In this document: positions 28,161-37,886 of the stretch, piece after piece
How the letters are laid out: every line of letters starts with the position of its first letter
Numbering within the stretch: position 1 is the stretch's first letter
NCBI GenBank assembly: GCA_965215265.1
Contig: OZ244048.1
Location: 4,544,001-4,608,000, forward strand
Length of the DNA stretch: 64,000 nucleotides
From: Candidatus Poribacteria bacterium
Lineage (GTDB): Bacteria > Poribacteria > WGA-4E > WGA-3G
Direction of reading: 5' to 3'
The notes under the pieces: model-generated
Seen by the model: only the letters and a program-made list of their open reading frames with translations
Database searches by the model: none
Told to the model about the DNA's origin: nothing
Position numbers and translations under genes: made by a program

Positions 28161-28853
28161 ATGAAAATGAATTGTGAACAGACTCGTACCAACTTAGTCT
28201 TACACCATCAAGATTCTACGTTGACAAATCGCTCTTTGCAACATTTGCGTATGTGTCCGGCGTGTCAGATGGATTATGAGGCGTTGTGGCATACAGCAAC
28301 AGTACTGGAAAATGTGGAGGAACCGGTGCCGCCGCCAGAGCTCGTCGCTAAGATTCAAGCCAGCGTTCGAAGTCTTCATAAACGGCGGCATATTGCGTTC
28401 TTTGCTAATCCGTTAGCGTGGTGCCTAGACCGTTTGAAGCTGGAGTTGTCCCCTAAATTTGTCAACTCTATGGCGTTGCTTTTCTATCTGATTGCTTCCG
28501 GTTTTATAGTAAAATTGGCATTCTTTACGAGCCCACCAGCACGAGAGCTCGGCTTAACTGCAATGGAAGAAGCACGTCTGCGGAACGTGCGGGTCTCTCC
28601 GGCTTCTTGGGCACTGATTAAAGGCAAAACAGCAGATCCGGCAGATACAATCCCAGCGAAACCCTACCGCGACGACAATATTTCTCATGCCGATAATATG
28701 TGGAATCTGCGTAGTACGAATACTGAAAAACTAACGTGGCACCAAGGCCACAGCCTGCAGTTCCTTCATATTGAAAATGTGCCCTCTCTTAGCACAATCG
28801 ATGTCAGCCAAAAGTTGACGGTATTTTGGAACCACATTAAAACAGAGCTGTAA
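28161..28853 (+). CDS. Zinc-binding anti-sigma factor (ZAS), membrane-anchored
   Basis: HLRMCPAC (HxxxCxxC) and a TM segment; directly follows the ECF sigma gene. Confidence 0.8.
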   Translation: MKMNCEQTRTNLVLHHQDSTLTNRSLQHLRMCPACQMDYEALWHTATVLENVEEPVPPPELVAKIQASVRSLHKRRHIAFFANPLAWCLDRLKLELSPKFVNSMALLFYLIASGFIVKLAFFTSPPARELGLTAMEEARLRNVRVSPASWALIKGKTADPADTIPAKPYRDDNISHADNMWNLRSTNTEKLTWHQGHSLQFLHIENVPSLSTIDVSQKLTVFWNHIKTEL

Positions 28854-29142
28854 TTTCGAATGTATCGTCAACTCCGAAAACATATTGACATTTAATGAAC
28901 AACAGCTCTACTTCGTTCACAAGGATTGTCCAGCGCGCCATGATGTCAGTGTATAAATAATTATAGATTTTACTATAAAATTTGTTACAGTTCGCCGTTC
29001 AAAAGCCTGCCCTCTGCGTGCATCTCCTCTTATCCTGCAAATCGTAAAATCCTGTCCATCCTGATTCAACGAGAATTTCTGATTACAAGCTACCTAAAGC
29101 AGTTGGGTGCTTCGGAACGTTTGGCAACACAACATCTGATAC

Positions 29143-29668
29143 CTCATTTACCCCCGTTTTTTTTGAAGGTTTGTGGTGAAAGGTTTTTGTTTAGAAACAT
29201 GTGAGAAAAGCAGTGGGTTAGAGATACCCGAACCGGGTAAATCCCACATCTCTGATAACCCGTTTTCAAAACATCTTCAAGTCTATTGCTCTAAAAAAGC
29301 CTGCGTTGCGTCACTTGCTCTTTGTGCTGATAGCGGTGAGTGTGTCGCAAACGTTTGGGGTCAATGCGCTCGCGTTGCGTTTGCCGCTTTCGGTAAAATG
29401 AGAGAAGTTGAAACAGAAAAGGTTGCTCCGCCCAGTGGGTGGCAGGTAAAAGGTAGCAAAGCGTGTCCTTCAGGACACGACTTTCTACCTATCTCGCAAC
29501 TTATCTCTCCTTGCAGGAGAGACAAAGAATACCTATCTCGCAACTTTCTACCTATCTCGCCACTGTCCTTCAGGACAGCCAAAGAATACCTATCCTGCCA
29601 CTTTTCTCACACACAAACCTAACAATATCACACACAGACGACTCTCAAAAAAAATGGGGGTAAATGAG
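29143..29668. mobile_element. MITE-like non-coding element with long terminal inverted repeats
   Basis: CTCATTTACCCCCGTTTTTTTTGA at the left end matches the reverse complement of TCAAAAAAAATGGGGGTAAATGAG at the right end (one mismatch). Inner IR GTGAGAAAAG/CTTTTCTCAC. No TSD seen. Confidence 0.65.
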
Positions 29669-29837
29669 AATTTGCGTGCTATAAAAATAGCGTCTCAATC
29701 GGTTTATCGAGATTCGGAGTGCGTGTGCAAAAGCGTCCTAAAGTTGGTTGTATTTCAGAGCAATAGAGAGAGATTGTTGTGCGATTAAGAGATGGGCGAT
29801 AAAACTAAAAAACCGCGTCTTTATTCCACTTTGTGCG

Positions 29838-31754
29838 TTAGTCTGGTAAGATGCGGTATCCTGTGCTAATCCCGGTAATCATTCCGATAATGGCCCAGAT
29901 GCCGGCGCAGGTCATCTCCCCGAGGACCAATCCGAGGAAAATTGGACGCGCTTGGCGGTATGCTTTTAGTCCGCCGTACTTTACAATGGTGAACTTTAAG
30001 CCCCATCCTAAAAAGATTGAGAACCACAACTTAAATGTTGCCCATGAGCTTAGCATCGTGTAGCCGAGGGGGTGGAGTGGCCACCAGACAAAAGTCTGTC
30101 GCATCCACATTAGCCATACCGTGAAGCTGCCGCCGAACAAGATAAATCCTGTGTTTGTCCAATTTGTGGTGGTTTTTGGGCTTGTGAGAATGCCTTCTAA
30201 TTGCCGCATGAACCAGCTGCCGCCGGTATACGGTGCGCCGTGTGCGTAACTAATTTTTATGGCTGAGTAATATGAGACGGCAAGTCCGATAACCATTGCG
30301 ACTGCCATGGCGATAAGAAGTTGTCGGCGTTTGATTCGTGCTTCATCTGCGGCTTTCAAGCCGTTCATGATGTTGGGCATCATGAATTCGCGCAGGTCTA
30401 GCGTGAGACAGACGGGATGCATTAATAAGGAGGTCGTCGTTGAAGGATGGATTCTGGCGGAACCGAGGGTTGTGAGGAAGAAACTTTGCGGTGAAAATGA
30501 TGGATTGATGAACGGGATCCCGCCGTTAATCACTTGCCAGGTCAGTACGATGTACATGGCCAGGAGGAAGAGGACAAAACCGAGGGCGAACGGGATGGAC
30601 ATGCCCATCAGATGATTGAAGAAGACGAGGACACCAATACCGATGAGGAGTCCAAAGAGCGTTAAGCTGTGCGGCAATGCCTCATCGGATGCCCGAACCT
30701 CCAGCATTTTTCTAATATGATGTCGTGCTTTCCACAATGCAATTGCGACAAATGCCAGGCATGCGCCAGCTTCCTGCGCCGCACTAAAGGATTTGCCTGT
30801 CCATTGGACACCGGGCCCCGAAGTGAGTTGGAAACCGAGTATTGCGCCGGTAAGGCATTGGAGTTTGTAAAAAACGAAGAAAAACCAGATACTAAAAGAG
30901 ACTTCCAAAGTTAGCAGGTAGCTAAACCCGACCATCGACCAGAAGATGACAATCTGAAATGGACGGAGTGCGTTCCAGGGTCTTTCGGTAAGGTAGGAGT
31001 TCAGCCAAAAGTCACGTGGTACGTGCGGCATAGAAGGGAAAAATGTGTGTAGTCCGTTCATCGTATGAAGGAAAACCGGAAAGGCGAATCCGAACCAGAG
31101 TGCGCTGTTCTTAAAAAGCGGGCCGAGACGGCCTGTGCCTTGTGCTGCCATTTCGACTGGAAGTTTTACAAGCGGAAAAGCACAACGTTCGTATTCCACC
31201 CACTGCTTTCGGAGGAGTACCGAAAGACAGATCATCACGAAGTAGATAACGATGACATAGGCGCTCCAGGTAAGGATGGGCGTGATCCAAGCATTCCAAG
31301 GGAGGGATTCCCCAGCGAATAAGCCTTCATAGAAAGAGCGGATGGCACTTTCATCCCGCACGACACGCCAATGTGGGATGTAGTGATGAAATAGAGACAT
31401 CCAATCATTTTCAGGGGTTGCGAAGTACTGGTAGGCTACCATGGGGCTGAGTGCGTAGCGCATCATGCCTGAAGACGGAATTCCTGCAGGTGCCAACATG
31501 ATACACCAGACCGTGACGAGTTCACCGGGCGAAAATGCAGCGTTGGGACGTATCTGTTTTAAGATAACGTTGAGCCCTAGCACGAGTGCAATTAGCACAA
31601 AGAATGGAGCGACTGGAAAATGCCCTCCTGCGAGGAAGATGTTGCGGATGACGTAATCGTTATAAGGGGCGAGTAAACATTCCGTGGTGGCACACACCAG
31701 ACCGGTAATCACGGCGCGCGCGGATAAGCTATTACGTGCTCGCTGTTCAATCAA
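29838..31754 (-). CDS. Polytopic membrane protein of DUF6785/DUF6784 type (putative transporter)
   Basis: FSPGEL, Y.ATPEN.W, LRKQWVEYER..FPLVKLP, WWPLHPLGY and YGG.K.Y..ARP.FLGL.LGE motifs. Confidence 0.8.
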   Translation of the reverse strand: MIEQRARNSLSARAVITGLVCATTECLLAPYNDYVIRNIFLAGGHFPVAPFFVLIALVLGLNVILKQIRPNAAFSPGELVTVWCIMLAPAGIPSSGMMRYALSPMVAYQYFATPENDWMSLFHHYIPHWRVVRDESAIRSFYEGLFAGESLPWNAWITPILTWSAYVIVIYFVMICLSVLLRKQWVEYERCAFPLVKLPVEMAAQGTGRLGPLFKNSALWFGFAFPVFLHTMNGLHTFFPSMPHVPRDFWLNSYLTERPWNALRPFQIVIFWSMVGFSYLLTLEVSFSIWFFFVFYKLQCLTGAILGFQLTSGPGVQWTGKSFSAAQEAGACLAFVAIALWKARHHIRKMLEVRASDEALPHSLTLFGLLIGIGVLVFFNHLMGMSIPFALGFVLFLLAMYIVLTWQVINGGIPFINPSFSPQSFFLTTLGSARIHPSTTTSLLMHPVCLTLDLREFMMPNIMNGLKAADEARIKRRQLLIAMAVAMVIGLAVSYYSAIKISYAHGAPYTGGSWFMRQLEGILTSPKTTTNWTNTGFILFGGSFTVWLMWMRQTFVWWPLHPLGYTMLSSWATFKLWFSIFLGWGLKFTIVKYGGLKAYRQARPIFLGLVLGEMTCAGIWAIIGMITGISTGYRILPD

Positions 31755-32237
31755 TGTAGGTTTTCCTTCTTATATTGCTACGCTCGCTACGTGATGCATT
31801 TGGTAATTCTCTATATTCGTCAATTTGTTTTGTTAACTCAGGTCTTAACGCGAATTCCTACAAATTTTATCACGAGGGTCGTTATTTCTCAATGATTTTT
31901 TTCGATGCAGTCTGCAGACATTATAAATGGGGGCATCGCGATGAGAAAATTGCTCCGCCAACATCACAGTCAAGATAGTGGATCTGACACGTGCTAGCAA
32001 CCTAGACATCCGGTGCAGCAAAATCTTCAAGGTTTATGAATCGCCATATTATGAACGTAGATGCTATAAAGAGGGCACGCCGTGGGGCAGTAAGAACAGC
32101 GCGGTTGCAAACCGCGTCTACAGCTTCTAGGGGATCCTCGCCTCTACCGTGCCATGATAGGACGTGCCGATAGCACAGAAACCGTGAGGGGCGATGATCA
32201 TCCGGACGATAAACCTAAAGTAGGGTAACAATGCTTT

Positions 32238-33047
32238 TTATTTTTCAGTCTGTGGGGCGTTTCCCAGAATCAATTCGGCCTGGTCTGCTGGGGAATAGAA
32301 ATAAGAGCCCGGTTTCCATTCTCCGATGTCGCCAATTAACCTGCGTTGGCGTGGCGTGCAGCGTTCCAAGAGTTCAGGGGATGCTTTCTCGTAATCAAAA
32401 GGACGGAAACAGTGATGGCTGTAGCAATAAATTAACGTTTTGCGAGGCTGTTCGGATTGGTTTCCGACGACACCGTGCCATAAAGCGTGTGGGAAAAAGG
32501 CGGCATCACCGGCTTTGACGTTCAGTTGCACTGCGTCAGGGATGTAAGGGCCATCCGGTATACCGCTCTCGGGAAAAGGGCGATTGTGGGTACCTGGGAC
32601 AACGGTAAAATTTCCACTCTGCGGATTATCCAAATCAGTTAGAAAATAGTGAATCTTAAGTTGGAGTGGCGAGCTGGTCTGACTGACGCGGATGCCGCGC
32701 ATCGCCTGGCCGCCATCGGTGTGCAAATAACCTTTGTCCTTGGGATTTGGTGGGCGTACTATAACCTCGGACATGCTTAGCTGGATGTAAGGCCCCAACA
32801 ATTCAAGGACTATCGGAAATGTAACCGGATGATCGATGAGGTCCACGAAGATATCGTTATCCTCCATGACATTTCGTCTGTCAAAGACAGTATCGGTATT
32901 GACACCCTCGGTTTGGCGAAATTCACTGTCCATTTCATCTACCACCGCGCTCAGTTTTTCAATTTCTTGGGCGGTGAGTACCTCTTTCATGAGGAGATAG
33001 CCGTGTTCTTGCCACTGTTGTTTCTGAGTATGCGTTAGGATTTCCAT
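32238..33047 (-). CDS. Phytanoyl-CoA dioxygenase (PhyH) family Fe(II)/2OG oxygenase
   Basis: W.EHGYL, LHTDG, GNFTVVPGTH, AGD...F...LWH and R motifs. Start set at the ATG after GGAG. Confidence 0.9.
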   Translation of the reverse strand: MEILTHTQKQQWQEHGYLLMKEVLTAQEIEKLSAVVDEMDSEFRQTEGVNTDTVFDRRNVMEDNDIFVDLIDHPVTFPIVLELLGPYIQLSMSEVIVRPPNPKDKGYLHTDGGQAMRGIRVSQTSSPLQLKIHYFLTDLDNPQSGNFTVVPGTHNRPFPESGIPDGPYIPDAVQLNVKAGDAAFFPHALWHGVVGNQSEQPRKTLIYCYSHHCFRPFDYEKASPELLERCTPRQRRLIGDIGEWKPGSYFYSPADQAELILGNAPQTEK

Positions 33048-33328
33048 GTTGATAGATTCTCCGCTATTAGCCGATATTGTGTTCATTTTTATATTGTTAA
33101 AAAAATACATGACAAATACGTTAAAGTCAAGTAAAATATGAGGAGGGGTTAGGAAAAGACGGCGAAAGGGTCGGAGATGCTTCCATTTAGGGGAAGTGTC
33201 CTAAAGTTGTTGGGTGGCTGAATGCTGATTTATCGTATTATAGGAGTCGTAGGATAGCCGCCCTTACAGCAATCTATCGTGCCGATAGGTCAAAAATGAC
33301 GAAAAGAGGCAGAAACGGAGGATGTCTC

Positions 33329-34834
33329 ATGCAAGCCAATTCACATCTTTTTACCGATGAACAGATGCGAGGTTTCATTATGCAGGGGTATGTCACAGTA
33401 AAGACAGACTTACCGCGTAGTTATCATGAAACTATCTATCGTAAGACGCAGGAACTGACTGCAAAAGAGGGTAATTTAGGGAATAATATCTTGCCGCGTG
33501 TGCCGGAATTACAAGCGGTTTTTGAGGAGCCGGTCGTGCGCGGTGCATTGACGAGTATTTTAGGGCAGAATTACGTCATGCATTCGCATCGGCATCCGCA
33601 CCAGAATCGTCCGCACAGTGATGGACAGGGGTTTCACAAGGATAGTTATTGGGGATATCAGAAGGTTCGGCACCACTGTCCGCGTTGGGCGATGGCTTTC
33701 TACTACCCACAAGATGTGCCAGAAGAGATTGGGCCCTCTGCGATTCTGCCGGGGACGCAGTACTACAGTACCCGGCTCCGTGAAGGCAACGCCGGGGAAT
33801 TGCCTCTAAGCGGTGAGGCTGGAACGGTAACGATTATCCACTTTGATTTGTGGCATAGAGCGATGGCGAATCGCACGTACAAAACGCGGTATATGATGAA
33901 GTTTCAGTTTATCCGCCTGGAGGAACCGGAGGAACCGGAATGGAACATGGAGAATCCGCAGTGGGACGATGAACAGTGCAAGGGGAACGGCAGCACAGCA
34001 CTGCCTCGCCATGAAGGGACCTGGCGGCATATTTGGAATTGGGTAGCGGGGCAGCAAAATTTGGAGTCTTCTGGCGCGACTAACGGTAACCTATCTGCTT
34101 GCGTAACGGCGCTACAGAACGGAGATCCGGAAACCCGTTCGCGTGCGGCAGACGAATTGGGGCTGTTAGGCCATTCTGCTGCAGAAGCGCTTCCGATGCT
34201 AATTGCTGCGTTACGTGATGATTATGAACCGGTGCGCTTGAATGCCGCTTATGCGCTCGGAACTATTGGTGGTGCAGCGGTACCGGCGTTGATAGAGACA
34301 CTGCGAGATGAAAACGGACCGGCGCGCCGGATGGCGGCATACGCATTGGCAGCCGTTGGTGAACCTGCCGTACCCGCGTTGAGTGAAGCATTAAATCATA
34401 CAGAAGAGGCTGTGCGGCTTGAAGCATCTTACGCTTTAGCACAACTAGGTAGTGCAGCGCGCGAAGCTATGCCGGCATTGATGGCGCGAATTACAGACGA
34501 CTGTGTTGAAGTCAGACGCTATATCGCCGAAGCGTTCGGCAGCATGGGCACCACTGCTGAAGCTGCGGTACCTGCCTTGGGTACTATGCTGGACGGAGAT
34601 GCCGACGATCAGGTCCGGTTTGAATCAGCTTTAGCGTTAGCACAGATTGGCCCGCCTGCAAACGATGCACTCGGTGTGCTTACCGGTGTGCTCTCTGATA
34701 AGAACCGGTACGTGCGTGACAACGCTGTTCTCGCTTTGAAACGGATTGGTACGCCGGATGCAGAAGAGGCATTGTTTGATTATCTGCTGATGTCCCGGTG
34801 GTGTGCGATTACAAACCGTGAAAGTACATTCTAA
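33329..34834 (+). CDS. PhyH-family dioxygenase fused to C-terminal HEAT repeats
   Basis: FHKD, ILPGTQ and HFDLWHR, followed by many VR..AA.ALG..G..A.P.L repeats. SD GGAGG. Confidence 0.9.
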   Translation: MQANSHLFTDEQMRGFIMQGYVTVKTDLPRSYHETIYRKTQELTAKEGNLGNNILPRVPELQAVFEEPVVRGALTSILGQNYVMHSHRHPHQNRPHSDGQGFHKDSYWGYQKVRHHCPRWAMAFYYPQDVPEEIGPSAILPGTQYYSTRLREGNAGELPLSGEAGTVTIIHFDLWHRAMANRTYKTRYMMKFQFIRLEEPEEPEWNMENPQWDDEQCKGNGSTALPRHEGTWRHIWNWVAGQQNLESSGATNGNLSACVTALQNGDPETRSRAADELGLLGHSAAEALPMLIAALRDDYEPVRLNAAYALGTIGGAAVPALIETLRDENGPARRMAAYALAAVGEPAVPALSEALNHTEEAVRLEASYALAQLGSAAREAMPALMARITDDCVEVRRYIAEAFGSMGTTAEAAVPALGTMLDGDADDQVRFESALALAQIGPPANDALGVLTGVLSDKNRYVRDNAVLALKRIGTPDAEEALFDYLLMSRWCAITNRESTF

Positions 34835-34861
34835 CATTCTAACAGACTAACAGATGGAACC

Positions 34862-36022
34862 GTGAAGATGCTCAACTACGATCTTTTGATTAAAAATGGC
34901 ACACTTATTGACCCAAGGGCGGGTATCCATGCCTGCAAGGATGTCGGATTTGTCAACGGCAGCGTATCAGCGGTTAGTGATGAGATTCCTGCATCTGAAG
35001 CAAGGGAAGTGCTTGATGCAAGTGGCTGTCTCGTTACCCCCGGCTTGATCGATTTGCACGTTCATGTGTTCTACGGTGTGAGTCACTTCGGGATTGAACC
35101 GGATGCGACCTGTTTGGCACGAGGGGCGACAACAGTCGTTGATGCGGGTTCGGCTGGGGCGGATCCCTTCCCCGGTTTCCGGAAATACGTTATTGATGTG
35201 AGCGAGACACGCATCCTCGCGCAGTTAAACATTTCTTCACAAGGCATGCTAACCCGAGAGATTGGCGAATTAGAAAATCCTGACTATGCAGATGTTGGGA
35301 AGGCATGCCGCATGATAGAATTACATCGGGACGTTATCTTAGGGGTCAAGGTGCGCTTGACGCGAGAATCTATCGTTGGTGCCCGGGCGGGTATGTTGCC
35401 GTTACAGAAAGCACGCGAGACTGCAGATGCTGCAGGTCTTCCGCTGATGGTGCATCCGCAAGATGCGTGGTGTGAGTCTATTGATGACATCTTAGCAGTT
35501 ATGGGCGAGCGCGATATTCTGACGCACTGCTTTCACGATATGGCGTGTGGTATCTTAGATGAGAACGGCAGGATCCGAGATGCTGTTCATGCCGCGATCG
35601 AGCGCGGGGTGATATTCGATGTCGGACATGGTGCGGGTTCTTTCAGTTGGGATGTCGTAGAAAACGCAATGGCGCAAGGTGTAGAGCCGGCAACGATTTC
35701 ATCGGATTTGCATACCTACAACGTGGGCGGTCCTGTTTATGACCTGGTGAACGTCGTTAACAAATTCCTGCATCTCGGGCTGTCACTTGATGCAGCATTG
35801 GCGAAGGTAACGAGCGTACCGGCGGAGACTATATTGATGCCGGGGCAGGTCGGCACCTTAGCCGTTGATGCCTGGGGTGATGCCGTTGTGTTCGAACTTC
35901 GCGAAGGCGAATTCCAATTAGTGGATGCACGCGGTAAGATCAGGATAGGCAAACAGAAGCTGGAACCGGTGATTGTTGTCAAAGGTGGCCGCGTCCATAG
36001 ACAGCGACGTTCAGGCGGCTAA
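34862..36022 (+). CDS. Amidohydrolase/deacetylase family metallohydrolase (dihydroorotase-like)
   Basis: PGLIDLHVH, VVDAGSAG, GVKVR, MVH, THCFH, DVGHGAGSF and ISSDLH motifs. Confidence 0.9.
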   Translation: MKMLNYDLLIKNGTLIDPRAGIHACKDVGFVNGSVSAVSDEIPASEAREVLDASGCLVTPGLIDLHVHVFYGVSHFGIEPDATCLARGATTVVDAGSAGADPFPGFRKYVIDVSETRILAQLNISSQGMLTREIGELENPDYADVGKACRMIELHRDVILGVKVRLTRESIVGARAGMLPLQKARETADAAGLPLMVHPQDAWCESIDDILAVMGERDILTHCFHDMACGILDENGRIRDAVHAAIERGVIFDVGHGAGSFSWDVVENAMAQGVEPATISSDLHTYNVGGPVYDLVNVVNKFLHLGLSLDAALAKVTSVPAETILMPGQVGTLAVDAWGDAVVFELREGEFQLVDARGKIRIGKQKLEPVIVVKGGRVHRQRRSGG

Positions 36023-37623
36023 GGGTGCGGTTGCCCTGCTGTGGGTTTCTCCTTCGGTGCGTTAGAATCTGCTCCGAATCGAATGTGTAGTGCTGCTCCG
36101 GGGGCGTGTTGCTTTCCATATAAGGCATGCTTGATACCCCAGAAAGCGACTGTTGTCCCCACCATCATCACAACACCCCACAATGCTGTTTTCCAGAGTA
36201 AGTCAGTGAAGGAGAGAGCGCCGGGGAGTTGTTTCGGCACGGTTTGTGCCCCGACAGCCATCAGCACAGTGCAGATAATGGCGTTGAGAGTAATTACACC
36301 CTCTGTTACCAAGCGGTGCGGACTGAAACCGACTAGGGCACGCTCAAAGTTGAAGATGACAACGCACCACAAAAAGACGAAGTAGAGAAGCTGCCCTTTC
36401 CCGAGCCAGTCAGCAGAAATAAACGGAATCGGCCGGTTGAGATTGACTAGGAGAATCGTACCCAATGCCACGCTGAGTGCGATATAGAAGAGCTCAAACC
36501 AGCCTATCCAGCCTTTGGAATGTCTAAACCAGCCGGCTAATGGCAGGCCAAAGAATCTCTCCGGTAACGGTGCTACTTGCTCAACCCACGTTGTCGTCGC
36601 CTTCCGGTAATTTAGGTAGGTTAGAGCGATGAGTATAAAGGAGACTGCGAACACCTCCATCCAACGTGGGAGCTCTGGATCTGCCTCTAACACGGGTGCC
36701 TGCTTAAACAGAAAGCCGAACGTTACAGCAAGCCCGAGCCCGAAAAAGAGCCCTTGTGTCTGTTCCATTACGCTATGCCAGTTAGTCTGGAGCCCTGTTC
36801 GGATGTAGAACAATTTCAGTAATTGCCCTAAAGAGAAGGCGAGGCCACCCGCAAAGCCGGTCATTAACGTTGCGAAAGCGACTCCACCGAGCTGGTAACG
36901 CCAACAGTATACTAAGACACCTATCACCAGGCCGACGCAGCCTGCCCAATTGTCACCCCGTGGCGGTGTCATTCGAAAACCGAACACGTTCACTAAAAGC
37001 AGGAACGCGGCAAACCAGCCGACCCCCATATACAGAATGAGAGCCGTACCCATGTCCAAACCTCCACGGAAAAGCACCACAATAAGCGCAGCAATAATAG
37101 CAACCAGCGCGGCCAACCAATCGGTATCGTACCAGTAGAGCGGGCTCTCGTGGCGTTGCATCCGTTTTGTTGAAAAAAAGTAATCGATTGCAACGGCCTG
37201 AAGTGCCCAGCCGATGAAGACAGCGCTCATCGGAATAAAGAAGAGGGGCAATTGTTCGTGGCTGAGAAACGCAGGGAGTGCCGTCCCGGCGCCGCCAAGG
37301 GCTGCCCATAAAAAACCGATAACAAACAGATTCGCGAAGCCGTATAGCACCGTGGACGTATGCGGTGAATGCGTATAGCCAATCACCTGCATATAGGACA
37401 TACTGCCCCCGAATGACCAGCCGAGTGCACCAAACATCGCGAAGTAGTGCACGTATCGCCACCAATCCTCACGCCCGGATAACAGGACGATTGCCATTGC
37501 AGCAAGTGCACCAGGCAAGGCTGCACCATATTCATGCCCGAAATTCCCTCGGATCCCCCAGCCAACACAGAGCGATAAACCGCATAGAATTAACATTTGC
37601 CACGGGAGAGTTATCATGTCCAT
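36019..37623 (-). CDS. Conserved-looking hypothetical polytopic membrane protein
   Basis: Many TM helices with Gly-rich motifs (GWGIRGNFGHEYGA, GGSMSY, NWHSVMEQ). SD AGGAGG. Confidence 0.75.
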   Translation of the reverse strand: MDMITLPWQMLILCGLSLCVGWGIRGNFGHEYGAALPGALAAMAIVLLSGREDWWRYVHYFAMFGALGWSFGGSMSYMQVIGYTHSPHTSTVLYGFANLFVIGFLWAALGGAGTALPAFLSHEQLPLFFIPMSAVFIGWALQAVAIDYFFSTKRMQRHESPLYWYDTDWLAALVAIIAALIVVLFRGGLDMGTALILYMGVGWFAAFLLLVNVFGFRMTPPRGDNWAGCVGLVIGVLVYCWRYQLGGVAFATLMTGFAGGLAFSLGQLLKLFYIRTGLQTNWHSVMEQTQGLFFGLGLAVTFGFLFKQAPVLEADPELPRWMEVFAVSFILIALTYLNYRKATTTWVEQVAPLPERFFGLPLAGWFRHSKGWIGWFELFYIALSVALGTILLVNLNRPIPFISADWLGKGQLLYFVFLWCVVIFNFERALVGFSPHRLVTEGVITLNAIICTVLMAVGAQTVPKQLPGALSFTDLLWKTALWGVVMMVGTTVAFWGIKHALYGKQHAPGAALHIRFGADSNAPKEKPTAGQPHP

Positions 37624-37886
37624 ATCTTTCGCCTCCTATTTCGCCTATGAGGTATAAGGACGAGTCATGCCAATAGAACTAACCGAAGAGCTCATGAAAA
37701 AAAAGAATTACTCCTAATTATGTCATATTAGGGTTTTATTGTCAATAGCAGAGCAAAACTGACCCAAAAATATAAGAAGCACTCAGGCGAAAAAGGTTTT
37801 ATCAGTCAATTTGCATTGCATCTATTTTGGTTCTATGATATGGTAAAAAATATAGAGAAAGTTAAAAGTTCTGCTGGAGAAAAAAT

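Noticed and set aside
29173-29663. ORFs of 149, 73 and 66 aa as a transposase
   Set aside because: No DDE/HUH motifs; they run through hairpin repeats inside the MITE-like element.
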